A stretch of 62,807 bases of DNA, the filler included. It is 6 parts of 6 records of this genome, joined end to end, with 100 filler letters (N's around TTAATTAATTAA, not from the genome) between each part and the next. Parts side by side here need not be neighbours in the genome. Positions count along the whole stretch, not along the records: positions 1 to 16,531 come from SRR31156797_26507; positions 16,632 to 30,189 come from SRR31156797_26509; 4 more parts are not named here. One strand, 5' to 3'. A program made the position numbers and the translations under genes. Positions 9,307 through 19,431 of the stretch are shown piece by piece. Position 1 is the stretch's first letter. Every line of letters starts with the position of its first letter. The notes beneath the pieces were generated by a model that did no database searches, was not told the origin of the DNA, and saw only the letters and a list, made by a program, of their open reading frames with translations.

Positions 9307-10590
9307 CTAATAATTCCGAGAAAGTCTCAATTCATTTGCTGTTTTCCGGATACCGCTAAATGACTTCATTAAATAATCAATAAACCAAATAATAATAAAC
9401 CAGTATATGAACATGATGAAGCCATGAAAGAAAAACTCATAAAAGCTCATGAAGAACGATAATGTCATCATTGAGATAAAGAAAATATTAAATAGACTAA
9501 AGCCCCTGAAACATCTTTCCAGGGAGTATCTTGTTATCATCCCCCATATCAGTCCAATAACACCTACACCAATAATGCCGAAATCTTCATATGGAGATCG
9601 AACAAAAGTATATGTGTTAAGATGAATTGGGATTCCCTTAGTGATATTTACAAAATTATTATGAACACCCAATACAATGTCATCTCTTAATAATCCGAAA
9701 TTTGCCAACCATTCAACGAGCGATCTGAAACTTGAAGCACCATATAAAGGTTTCAAACCATCAAACACAACTCTTTCTAAAGCTGAACCTGACCCGGCAA
9801 TATAGGAATAAACGCTTTTTAAAGCATAATACCCTATATCGATCTCTGTTGTTGCTCGAAGCAGCAAGATCACATAAAAGAACCCTAAAACAAAAACTAC
9901 TCCCAGCAATAAACTGACAGCTGTTTTTCTTGATGTAATTTTACGTCTTTCAGGATTAATATACATCCCGGCATAGATTCGGCCAAAAAACCATAATCCT
10001 AATGCTGTAATCAAACTATAGCGATTTAAATTAATAATACTGTATGCAACCATAAGGATCAAAGGCATAAGTCCAACCAATTTCCACTTTGACCGTAACA
10101 AAGATATCACACCCCCGACTATTGCAACAGGATACATAAATGAGAACAGATATATTCCAAGCTTATAGCTAGTGTTTGAGACATTTGTCAACTCGCTGTC
10201 TTGAAGCCGGATGATCAATTCTCTTACCATTAATGGGTTTTGTATATAAAGTGAAAAGTTATTCGTGATTTTAGCAATTTCCCTCAATATGAGAATTAAT
10301 CCAATTGAGGATATTATGGACATAGCCAGAATAATTTTTGCCAAAAGAGCTTCATTTATACTCATTTCACGAGAATCACCAGGCAAATTATCCGGTACAT
10401 CTAAGTAAAGCGAATTAACAAAATAATATCCTAATACAATAAAGAAAAGACCCGTTAATACAATGCCTAAAGTATCAAATGACATTGTAACAAAGTGATA
10501 TGGATTCGTATAATGTAAATACAATACTAAAATCCACTCACAAAGAAGGATAATAATTGGGAAATGTATATATAGCTTTTTGAAATTCAT
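9307..10590 (-). CDS. wzy: O-antigen/oligosaccharide repeat polymerase
   Basis: About 10-11 TMs, AT-rich, NTYT...YEDFGIIG motif, located between a GT and the co-polymerase. Confidence 0.75.
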   Translation of the reverse strand: MNFKKLYIHFPIIILLCEWILVLYLHYTNPYHFVTMSFDTLGIVLTGLFFIVLGYYFVNSLYLDVPDNLPGDSREMSINEALLAKIILAMSIISSIGLILILREIAKITNNFSLYIQNPLMVRELIIRLQDSELTNVSNTSYKLGIYLFSFMYPVAIVGGVISLLRSKWKLVGLMPLILMVAYSIINLNRYSLITALGLWFFGRIYAGMYINPERRKITSRKTAVSLLLGVVFVLGFFYVILLLRATTEIDIGYYALKSVYSYIAGSGSALERVVFDGLKPLYGASSFRSLVEWLANFGLLRDDIVLGVHNNFVNITKGIPIHLNTYTFVRSPYEDFGIIGVGVIGLIWGMITRYSLERCFRGFSLFNIFFISMMTLSFFMSFYEFFFHGFIMFIYWFIIIWFIDYLMKSFSGIRKTANELRLSRNY

Positions 10591-10599
10591 TGCTGAATT

Positions 10600-11688
10600 C
10601 TAACAGAAATAAGTTTCTTTTATATTTACCGCTATTAAACTTAACAAACCACTAGCCATTAAAACCAAGATCAGAACACTGGCCTTTCTCGGCTTATATT
10701 TATAATCTGCCGGAACCGCATAATCTATAACATTTAATTTGATCTCTTCTTTTTCATTTGAAAGTTTGGCTTGTTCATATTCAACAGCCAAAAACTGAAC
10801 TATCTGCTCTTGGATCATAAGGTCACGATAAAATCTCAAGAAATCAATTCCCTGATCAGATAACCTGTCTATCGGAATATTTGAGTATTGATTGCTGGAT
10901 CTATACTCTTTTATTTTATTTGCTATCATATTGATTTGAGATTCAAGTTCGCTAATTCGCGGATCATTTTCTTCAGATGAGTTTTTATAAATATCTCTTT
11001 GTATCTCCAGTTGCATCCTTTGAAGTTCAAGCTCGGATAAGGCTTCGAATGCAACTTCAGATTGTGCTTCAAGACTGTAGATACCTGTCATTTTTTGAAA
11101 CTCACCAAATTTCATTTCTAGATCATATAGTTTTTCATTTTGATCCGAATAGATATTTGAAACATAATCCACATAAGTATTTTCAAATTTACGAATCATA
11201 TTCTGCAATTCAGATACATAAAAATTTGCCATATCAGCTGCCATTTCCGGGTCATTCTTGACAGAAACACTTATACTAATCGATCCATCTTCATTGTCGA
11301 CAAATGATACATCTTCAGAGAGTTTTTCATATACTTTGATCTTATATTTTTTATCCCAGAGCGTCATCAGATCAAATTTTTCCATTACTTTGTCTGCAAT
11401 AGTTCTGCTATTCAAATATCTAATATATCTAAGAGTCTCTTCATTCTGCCCAAATATTCCACCTGCAAAACCTAAATTACTCAAAGCTACAGAAGACACG
11501 TTCAGTTGATTATTCTGTTCTTCAGAGATAACTGTAGCTGTACTACGGTACCATTCGGGCAAAAGAAACAGGATAATCAATGCCGCAACGCCAATAATGC
11601 CATTGACAATAATCAATTTCCAGAAATATTTCTGAATTATTTTTACCAATTTGGGTAATTCTTTTCTTTGTTCTTTTTGCATGTTCAA
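10600..11688 (-). CDS. Polysaccharide co-polymerase (Wzz/GumC-like, no kinase domain)
   Basis: N-terminal TM followed by Y.STA, a coiled coil, and VID.A.P...KPRK before a C-terminal TM. Confidence 0.85.
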   Translation of the reverse strand: MNMQKEQRKELPKLVKIIQKYFWKLIIVNGIIGVAALIILFLLPEWYRSTATVISEEQNNQLNVSSVALSNLGFAGGIFGQNEETLRYIRYLNSRTIADKVMEKFDLMTLWDKKYKIKVYEKLSEDVSFVDNEDGSISISVSVKNDPEMAADMANFYVSELQNMIRKFENTYVDYVSNIYSDQNEKLYDLEMKFGEFQKMTGIYSLEAQSEVAFEALSELELQRMQLEIQRDIYKNSSEENDPRISELESQINMIANKIKEYRSSNQYSNIPIDRLSDQGIDFLRFYRDLMIQEQIVQFLAVEYEQAKLSNEKEEIKLNVIDYAVPADYKYKPRKASVLILVLMASGLLSLIAVNIKETYFC

Positions 11689-11690
11689 TC

Positions 11691-13001
11691 CTATTGTATT
11701 GAATTATAAGCTGCAATAAATGAAAGTGTCATTGACGCAACAGTAGCCAGAAACTGTAAAACCGAATATTCTCCCACAAATATATGGTCAACCGATCGTT
11801 TTACAACAATAATGTCCCCTCTTTCAACCTTAATATTTTGGGCATTCCTGATCTTCTTTTCACCGCGGATAATCATTGAACTTCTATTACTTCCTCTTGC
11901 ATTCACACCACCTGCCATGGCTATATAGTCTGAGACAGTATGCCCTTGAATATAGTTATAGATTCCGGGTTCATTTACAAATCCATTGACCATTATTCGT
12001 TTCGTACCGGAAATTTCAAGTACGTCTCCCGCATGAAGGGTGAATTTTTCCTTGTCATAATCAAAAGTACGATCGATCAATATCTTACCGTTCCTTTTTA
12101 AAGTAATTGCATCAAAATTTGAAATATTCGTTACTTGTATCTTTCTTTGGATAAATTCATTGACCTTTTCACCGGGTATAATCGGTATTATTGCTTTGGT
12201 ATTAATTGGACCGAATACATGAACGCATTCTTTTTGTACATCGGCAAAAGGAATATAAATAGATTGAATTTTGTATAAATAAGGATTTTGATCAAGATTG
12301 CCGTTTAAATAGTATTTGTAAATATTTACTATACTCGTATCACCATAACCTCTGACTTCAACCTCATAATCTTTTGCAAGATAGTGTAATGATAAAACAC
12401 CCAAGAGATCACTTAACCTTAAAGATGAGGGAAGAACATAATCTTCATTTGTCACTTTACCACTCATTTCTCTTCTTTGCAGTGTTCCTGCTGTTTTAGG
12501 GGTTTGTATGGAAGGTTCAGTAATGTCATTAACATCGGAATCTGTAAATAGAGTTAACATTTCCGGATTTTCCACCGCACCAAATACCGAAATATTTACA
12601 TTTCTAACGTCAAGCAGATCAACATCTACGGCTGCTGTAGAAAATCTTTGTTTACATTTTTCTTTTATTGCTTCTACCGCTTCATTATAGATCATTCCAC
12701 TAATTTGGATTTGGCCTATACCCGGGATCAATAGAGCTCCTATAGGCGAAACACTAAGCGTATATGTTGTAGTTGCCAACTGATTGATCTGGATCAAAAA
12801 TTTATCCCCGCTTCCCACAATATAATCATCAGGGTCGATCTCTACCATTGAGTATACATCACTGTCGTAGCTCATATGGGAGATCATATTTTGAGTTTGG
12901 CCTGTGGTTTGGGGAGCGATCATGCTTGCAGTTTGCGCAATCAGCATTTGAAATAGGAATAATCCTATAAACATTGTGATCGAAAGTCGCTTTATTTTCA
13001 T
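11691..13001 (-). CDS. Polysaccharide export protein, Wza-like with SLBB domains
   Basis: YIVGSGD Poly_export motif, SLBB repeats (V.G.V..PG.Y, IAMAGG), C-terminal amphipathic helix. Confidence 0.85.
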   Translation of the reverse strand: MKIKRLSITMFIGLFLFQMLIAQTASMIAPQTTGQTQNMISHMSYDSDVYSMVEIDPDDYIVGSGDKFLIQINQLATTTYTLSVSPIGALLIPGIGQIQISGMIYNEAVEAIKEKCKQRFSTAAVDVDLLDVRNVNISVFGAVENPEMLTLFTDSDVNDITEPSIQTPKTAGTLQRREMSGKVTNEDYVLPSSLRLSDLLGVLSLHYLAKDYEVEVRGYGDTSIVNIYKYYLNGNLDQNPYLYKIQSIYIPFADVQKECVHVFGPINTKAIIPIIPGEKVNEFIQRKIQVTNISNFDAITLKRNGKILIDRTFDYDKEKFTLHAGDVLEISGTKRIMVNGFVNEPGIYNYIQGHTVSDYIAMAGGVNARGSNRSSMIIRGEKKIRNAQNIKVERGDIIVVKRSVDHIFVGEYSVLQFLATVASMTLSFIAAYNSIQ

Positions 13002-13119
13002 AAAGTCTCCTTAAATATTCTACACATTATGTTAATAATAATTTTGCATTAATTTCTTTTAAAGCAAACATTTATGCGAAAAATAGTGAATTATCTTATT
13101 TGATACAATTCAAAAATCC

Positions 13120-15891
13120 CTATTTAAGCAGAGTCATCTTCCTTGCGGCTGCCACCTCTCCGTTAATTTCCAGCCCGTATACATACATTCCTGAAGGAAA
13201 CATTGTTCCGTAAATAATCAAGCTATGTTCACCTGCCGAACGATGTCCTTGGCTGATATTTTGTACTTCTTCACCGCGAATATTGAAAATTCTGATGTTT
13301 ACATCAGCAGGTGAGTCAAGTTCATAAGCAATGACCGTACTGGGATTAAAGGGATTCGGGTAGTTTTGGTGGAGCTTGACGCTTGATGGAATGATCGGAT
13401 CTGTTGAGGTGCTGGTCGCAATATCCATGTACTGTAGAATAGCACCGGCCAGACTATCGCATTCGTCCAATTCTTTAATGGTTTCAAAAGGAAATCCCAT
13501 GATCATGGTCTTGCCTGCAACCGTTCCGCCCGGAAAGGTTCCGCTGTAAGCGACTGCAGCATTTTTACCATTAGCGTATTTAAGAACTACTGTCGATCCT
13601 CCGGTAGCGCTGAAAACATCAGGATAATCTTCAGGATAGACGTTTGTGCCGTTTCCGTCACTGGAGTATACCAGATCAATTCCACCAAAATCCGTTGTTG
13701 CAACGCCATTTACAGTGTATGCACCGGCATCGTCCTCTGAATAGGTCGCTTTTAAATAATTGTGTATGAAATTCTTATCGCTGGTCGTTCCCTTGTTATC
13801 AAGGTCCCAGCCGATCTCGGAACCACTGACAAAGAATTTACCACCCTGATCAAGATATGATTCAACGCTGTCCTGTTCGGTATTGCCGAAGGTTTCGTCC
13901 GAGGTGCTTTCATCTCCGCAGATCCACCAGACCATTTCATAGTCTTTCAAATCCACGTCACCTGCAATGATGGCTTCATTGGCACAGGCATCGTAATTCA
14001 CACCATAGTGGTCCATGGCAAAAGCTGTTTTTGCTCCAAATGAGTGTGTGGGCAACGTATAAGAACCCATTCTGTCAAAAGCATCTACCACCAGGATCTG
14101 TTTTCCGCTATCGGAACGTTTGACAGCATAAATATCAGATGCACTATAATTTGCTTCATCTCCACTCACATAAGCTGCAACAAAATATTCGTAATGCATA
14201 TCATCTGCCTGTGCAAGAGTAACAGTTTTAGTACCTTTTGCCACTTCACCGAGAACTACAAAATCTTCACCTACGGTTTTACCGTAGATCCTGTATCCCG
14301 TAAAAGCGGTAGTTTCATCGGCATCCCAAACAAAGGTCACACTGTCGGTTTTACTGACAGCAGATAACAATGTCGGTCTTGGAGCCAGTGAGTTTAAAAT
14401 ATTGTTATATCTGATAGGTTTGTAATCGGTAATATCACTTAATCGCCAGGTATAATAGCGGGCAGCCCAACCGGGGGTACCGCTGGCGGTCTCTTCGATC
14501 TGTCTGAGTTTACCGTCATTGGTCCACTCTACAACCATGCGGATATGCGAACCGGCTTTGTTTGTTGCGTCAGCCGGTAAGAGGTTGTTAAACGATGAAA
14601 GCTCAGTACTGACATTATGAAATGATGATGTCGTATAGCGACCCGAGGTCCAACAGACACTTACAAAACCCGAACAATCCGCGCCTACGCAATTGGTCCA
14701 TTCAACACCGGCAGAGGTATTCCTGTCTCCTGCTAATTTACCGGCCGCAATGCCCTCATCAAATTGCACTATCGTACTATATCCACCCCACTGATAAGGA
14801 ATACGTTGATTTTCTCCAACAACTATCCATGAAGGTGTTGTAACAATAGACGTTGTGCCAATATTGGCCGAAGTAGCGGTCCATGTATGTGTTACATATT
14901 CATCAGCAGTTATCAGGGCTTGGCCTCGATTGACCGATCCGGCGGTTTTTGCCAACGAAGGCATATCTGCTAGTTCGGGTTCTGCCTCTACAAATTGATT
15001 GAAGTGATAGGATTCCGAAAATGCTGCAGGATAGCGGGTTTCACTTTCATTATTATCGGCATATTCCCATTTCAAGATATGGATACCGTCTTTGGAAGAC
15101 TGCATATGGTAAAAGTCGCCATTTTCATCTACGATAAATTCTTTGAAAATATAGGTGAATTTCTGCAAGGGAAGATAAAGCGTATTCAATACATTTGCTT
15201 CATTATCGATCAAAATTATCCTGCGTTCGACTGAAAGAGGAGAATGAGATAAAATATTTTCAGCATAAATGTAATGTTTATTGTCAGAAGTTGATCCGAC
15301 ATATTCCACTGAACCAACTTCGGGAACTGTTAGGGTATATACTTTCCCGTCGATCTTTACATTCACTGAAGACGGCAATGTTCGAGTAACATTGATATCT
15401 CTGGCTTCACCTTTATTCAATTGATAAGGAGAACATTGGATCTTGCCTTCATCGGATGAGGCTGTGATCGTTCCATTTTCATTTCTGAGTCCATAGAACA
15501 TATCCTTGGGATCATCCAAATGGGCGATCCTGCGTTTTACACCATTTTGGATAGCATAAATATGTTGAGGATGCAAAGTATACAGGGTATTTCCGCTTTT
15601 ATAAAAATCCATGATATGAACATCGTTCACATTTTCGGATAAGATCATGTTGTTATCGCGGAAGGTTTTCAATTTCTTGTTTTCGGTATCAAAAATAATA
15701 ATACCTTCGCCGTCTACTTGAAAAGATTGGGGACCTGTATGCAGTCCGGGATAAGATGTGTGTTTAAGCTCATTCTCATTTTCGCCCCAAGGGACGAATA
15801 GAACCTCAGTTGAAACCATTCCGGCAAATAGGGTTGACAGGCTTAGAAGGGCCAATATCAATAGGGGTTTAAAAACATTTTTCATTTTCAA
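13120..15891 (-). CDS. Secreted multidomain protein: NlpC/P60-like Cys hydrolase, FN3, alpha/beta domain, T9SS-type/FlgD-Ig CTD
   Basis: Signal peptide; PYQWGG...GADCSGFVSVCW...GSHI; C-terminus HQNYPNPFNPST.I.Y...SGMYVY...KMTLLK. Confidence 0.75.
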   Translation of the reverse strand: MKMKNVFKPLLILALLSLSTLFAGMVSTEVLFVPWGENENELKHTSYPGLHTGPQSFQVDGEGIIIFDTENKKLKTFRDNNMILSENVNDVHIMDFYKSGNTLYTLHPQHIYAIQNGVKRRIAHLDDPKDMFYGLRNENGTITASSDEGKIQCSPYQLNKGEARDINVTRTLPSSVNVKIDGKVYTLTVPEVGSVEYVGSTSDNKHYIYAENILSHSPLSVERRIILIDNEANVLNTLYLPLQKFTYIFKEFIVDENGDFYHMQSSKDGIHILKWEYADNNESETRYPAAFSESYHFNQFVEAEPELADMPSLAKTAGSVNRGQALITADEYVTHTWTATSANIGTTSIVTTPSWIVVGENQRIPYQWGGYSTIVQFDEGIAAGKLAGDRNTSAGVEWTNCVGADCSGFVSVCWTSGRYTTSSFHNVSTELSSFNNLLPADATNKAGSHIRMVVEWTNDGKLRQIEETASGTPGWAARYYTWRLSDITDYKPIRYNNILNSLAPRPTLLSAVSKTDSVTFVWDADETTAFTGYRIYGKTVGEDFVVLGEVAKGTKTVTLAQADDMHYEYFVAAYVSGDEANYSASDIYAVKRSDSGKQILVVDAFDRMGSYTLPTHSFGAKTAFAMDHYGVNYDACANEAIIAGDVDLKDYEMVWWICGDESTSDETFGNTEQDSVESYLDQGGKFFVSGSEIGWDLDNKGTTSDKNFIHNYLKATYSEDDAGAYTVNGVATTDFGGIDLVYSSDGNGTNVYPEDYPDVFSATGGSTVVLKYANGKNAAVAYSGTFPGGTVAGKTMIMGFPFETIKELDECDSLAGAILQYMDIATSTSTDPIIPSSVKLHQNYPNPFNPSTVIAYELDSPADVNIRIFNIRGEEVQNISQGHRSAGEHSLIIYGTMFPSGMYVYGLEINGEVAAARKMTLLK

Positions 15892-15956
15892 TTTAATCCT
15901 CTGTTTACTAATTTACATCGCACGGGAAAATATAATACATAAATACCGAGGTTAAT

Positions 15957-16531
15957 ATGAAATTGATTAGTTTATTGGGCCTTTTGGTGCTTTTATTCAT
16001 CGCTTGGCTTATCTCCTACCATAAAGACAAAGTGAATCTTCGCACCGTGATCTGGGGTCTCTTTCTTCAGTTCTTGCTGGCGATCATTATTTTACAGCAA
16101 ACGGTGGTCTCCTGGATCGGGATGGCTATCTTTGCCGTCTTACTTGTCTTCTATGTTTTCAGAGATATTCTCAAGACAGCCTGGCCTAAGGCACTCTGGA
16201 TCGTCGGGATCATCCTCGGTTCGGGAATAGCGGCATTTCTGCTATTCTTCATAATGCAGGCTATTCCATTTGTCTGGTTACTTCTGGGACTTCTCGTACT
16301 GATGCTTGCCAATAAATATTTTATCAAATATGAAAAGATCAAACCTTATTTAAGCGCGGTTCTGATCATTGCTTTGTTCACTGCCCCGGTAGCGAACGGG
16401 ATCTATGGCAAAGAGATCTTTCAAAGTTTCTCGGATGGCGTCGCTAAATTCTTAAGCATGTCACTGTACGGCGCCGAATTCCTTTTCGGCAATCTGGCAA
16501 AAGCCGAACATTTCTTCCCGGATACCACAAC
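15957..16531 (+). CDS. CNT/NupC-family nucleoside:cation symporter, 5' fragment
   Basis: LLGL...IAWL.S.....N.RTV.WGL.LQF and G..FLFG.L motifs; truncated by the contig end. Confidence 0.8.
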
Positions 16532-16631
16532 NNNNNNNNNNNNNNNNNNNNNNNNNNNNNNNNNNNNNNNNNNNNTTAATTAATTAANNNNNNNNNNNNN
16601 NNNNNNNNNNNNNNNNNNNNNNNNNNNNNNN
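16532..16631. other. Artificial contig spacer
   Basis: N44-TTAATTAATTAA-N44 places stops in all six frames; base composition jumps across it. Confidence 0.98.
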
Positions 16632-16636
16632 GGGGA

Positions 16637-17281
16637 TCAGATTTCCCGGACGTCCACGATCTTTTCGGTCAGGGGCGTTATTATCTTAACGAGCTCCTCC
16701 TCGCTCAGATTCTGCACCTTGATGATGGCGTAGCGGTTGGTGGCGTTCTCACCCAGGAGATTGCCAAAGGAGACGATATCCCCTCCCGCCTCGGCAATGG
16801 ACTGGGATATGGCCGCGAGCTCCCCTCTCTTCTCCGGCATAAGCACCGTAAGGCGAAGCCCCTTCTCTCTGGCGCCGAAAAGCTCGACAAACACCTTGAA
16901 AAGATCGGACTCGGTGATGATACCGATCAGTATATCCTTTTCCACAACCGGAAGCCCGCCGATATTGTTGTCCGCCATGATCCGGGCGGCATCCTCCAGG
17001 GGAGTGTCGGGCCCGATGGAAATGACGTCCTTGGTCATTACGGAGTGAACCTCCAGCTTGGACATCAGGTTCGAAATTTCATATACGTCCAGAGAGGTGG
17101 CGGGAGAGGGAGAAGCATACAGAATATCCTTTTCCGTGATAATCCCCACCAGGTGATCGTGCTTATCGATGACGGGAAGTCTGTGTATCTTCTCCTTCTT
17201 CATCTTCTCCCGGGCGTCGGAAACCGGGGTATGGGGAGAAACGGTACTGGGATTCTTTGTCATCCGATAATTTACTTGCAT
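16637..17281 (-). CDS. CBS-pair plus ACT domain protein (AcuB-like)
   Basis: Two CBS repeats (IHRLPVID..GIITEKD; IGGLPVV..GIITESD) and a C-terminal ACT domain; GGAGG RBS. Confidence 0.9.
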   Translation of the reverse strand: MQVNYRMTKNPSTVSPHTPVSDAREKMKKEKIHRLPVIDKHDHLVGIITEKDILYASPSPATSLDVYEISNLMSKLEVHSVMTKDVISIGPDTPLEDAARIMADNNIGGLPVVEKDILIGIITESDLFKVFVELFGAREKGLRLTVLMPEKRGELAAISQSIAEAGGDIVSFGNLLGENATNRYAIIKVQNLSEEELVKIITPLTEKIVDVREI

Positions 17282-17398
17282 GGTAGCCTCCTTCTCAGTA
17301 GTAGAACAGCGTTATCCTCATCAAAAAAACTTCAACCTGAATTCTAAGAGGAAATCAGCGTATTGGCAATTTATTTCTAAATAGAACCGCAAGGCGAC

Positions 17399-19333
17399 AT
17401 GAATAATGACGATAATGCTCTATATTGTTGGTTATACCGATTTAGCAAGGCTCTTCTAAAAATGTCACTGCTCGAAAGATATAGGAACGACACAGGAAAC
17501 AGCCGCCTGTTCAGTTATATTCTGATTCTTATCCTTCTCCCCTTCGGAACGCTCAGCGCGGGACAGAAAGGCATAGACCTGGGCCTGAAGAACCAAGCGG
17601 AGGGTCAGAACCTGCCTCAGAGCGCTGCGCTGAGCTACCTTTATGATGAATACGGTATACTCAATATCGAAGACATAGATGGAATGCCGGACAAGTTCAT
17701 CCCGTGGAAGGCAGATACCTTCGACCTGGGACGGACGACCGCTGTGGTCTGGCTGGATTTCACCCTGGTCAACGGAACGCTGAAGAGGAACTGGGTCCTG
17801 GATTTTAACATCCACAAGTTCCTGGACGTGGAGCTCTACAGAGAGAGTTCGCCCGGACGCTATATCCTGGAGAACAGCGCCTCCTACAGGAACAGCTTCT
17901 ATGAAAGGGATATCCCCGAGGCCCGTCTGGCCTTTCCGCTGCAGATCCATCCGGGATCGACTGAGCACTACATCATGAGGGTCAGTTCGGAGAACGGTCT
18001 GGTGCTACCGCTCCGTCTCTATTCGGTTGAGCATTACAGGCTGCAGATCTTCAGATTGAAGACCATGTGGGCCGTCTTCTATTCGATCTCGGCCGTCATG
18101 ATCCTTTACAACCTGGTGATATGGCTGTTCATCCGGGATCGGAACTTCCTCTACTATGTGATCTACGTCGTCCTGAACACCCTCTATCTCTCCGCCCTCA
18201 ACGGCATAGGGGCCCAGTTTCTCTGGCCCGGCCTGCAGGGCCGATGGACCACCGTGTTCTCACCCCTCTTCGGAGGCGTCACCCTGGCCTTCGGGATACA
18301 GCTCTGCAGGACCTTTCTGGGAAGAGAGCAGCTTTCAAAACGAAGCGACATCCTCCTGAACATCCTGATAGCCCTGAGTCTCGTCCTCGCCCTGTCCAAC
18401 CTGATCATCGAGAGATTTATGGTCTCCTTCACCCTGGGGAATGCTCTGGGAGCCCTCATCATGCTCGCCATAATGGTCCTCACCCTCAAACACTCTCTGA
18501 TGGGCAATAAGCCGGCTCGGCTCTTCCTCACCTCCTATATGGTGATCATCCTGGGTCAGCTGGGATACTCGGTCAAGGCGCTCGGGTATTTCGAGGGCTA
18601 TGGATGGCTCCTGGAGATCAACCAGTATACCCCCATCCTTCAGGTCACCCTCCTCTCCCTCGCCCTCTCCTACAGGATATCGGTGATCAGTGAGGAAAAA
18701 GATCAGGCCAGAGCGGCGGCGCTGAGGGCGGAGACCATACTGGCGGAGAGGCTGGAGGAAAAGGTGAACGAGCGCACCCTGGAGCTGAGGATAGCCAACG
18801 ACAGGCTGAAGGAGCTCTCCGACATAGACGGCCTCACAGGGCTCTACAACAGACGGTCCTTCGACAAACGGCTCAGCGCCGAGTGGAGACGGCATCAGAG
18901 GTCCGGACTGTCCATGGCCCTGATCTTCTGCGACATAGATTACTTCAAGATGTATAACGATGCTGCGGGACATCAGGAGGGGGACGAATGTCTCAAAGAG
19001 ATCGCCCGCGTGCTGAAGCGGAACGCCCGCAGGGAGGGAGATATGGCCGCCCGTTACGGGGGTGAGGAGTTCGCCGTCATCGTTCCCCAGATGGATGGCA
19101 AAGGCGCCCTGAGGATTGCCGAAAACATCCTGAATGAGATCAGGGATATGAAGATCCCCCATCCCGCCTTTGCCGATGTCTCGGGAATCGTCACCGTGAG
19201 TTTCGGAGTGGCCGCGCTGATCCCCCGCCAGGGGGAGGAGCCAGGCTCCATCCTGAATGCGGCGGACAGGGCTCTCTACGAAAGCAAAGGGGCCGGACGG
19301 GACACCATCACCTCCGCCGCCGTCCCGCAGTGA
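17399..19333 (+). CDS. Diguanylate cyclase with 7TMR-DISMED2 and 7TM-DISM sensor
   Basis: Extracellular domain, seven TMs, DGLTGLYNRR, DIDYFKMYND, RYGGEEF, and RxxD I-site (REGD). Start may be downstream, e.g. 17462. Confidence 0.92.
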   Translation: MNNDDNALYCWLYRFSKALLKMSLLERYRNDTGNSRLFSYILILILLPFGTLSAGQKGIDLGLKNQAEGQNLPQSAALSYLYDEYGILNIEDIDGMPDKFIPWKADTFDLGRTTAVVWLDFTLVNGTLKRNWVLDFNIHKFLDVELYRESSPGRYILENSASYRNSFYERDIPEARLAFPLQIHPGSTEHYIMRVSSENGLVLPLRLYSVEHYRLQIFRLKTMWAVFYSISAVMILYNLVIWLFIRDRNFLYYVIYVVLNTLYLSALNGIGAQFLWPGLQGRWTTVFSPLFGGVTLAFGIQLCRTFLGREQLSKRSDILLNILIALSLVLALSNLIIERFMVSFTLGNALGALIMLAIMVLTLKHSLMGNKPARLFLTSYMVIILGQLGYSVKALGYFEGYGWLLEINQYTPILQVTLLSLALSYRISVISEEKDQARAAALRAETILAERLEEKVNERTLELRIANDRLKELSDIDGLTGLYNRRSFDKRLSAEWRRHQRSGLSMALIFCDIDYFKMYNDAAGHQEGDECLKEIARVLKRNARREGDMAARYGGEEFAVIVPQMDGKGALRIAENILNEIRDMKIPHPAFADVSGIVTVSFGVAALIPRQGEEPGSILNAADRALYESKGAGRDTITSAAVPQ

Positions 19334-19364
19334 AACGCCTCGCATCGGACAGATAAACGGATAG

Positions 19365-19401
19365 AAAAAAACCGCAGACCGGCGCGTACGATCTGCGGTT
19401 T
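19365..19401 (-). terminator. Intrinsic terminator between convergent genes
   Basis: AAACCGCAGA/TCTGCGGTTT stem with an A7 run giving a U-tract on the minus strand. Confidence 0.7.
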
Positions 19402-19431
19402 CCATCAAACTATTCTTTTAAAGGAAAAAGG

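Noticed and set aside
16576..16587. Recurrent TTAATTAATTAA as a biological repeat
   Set aside because: Synthetic six-frame stop linker inside N runs.
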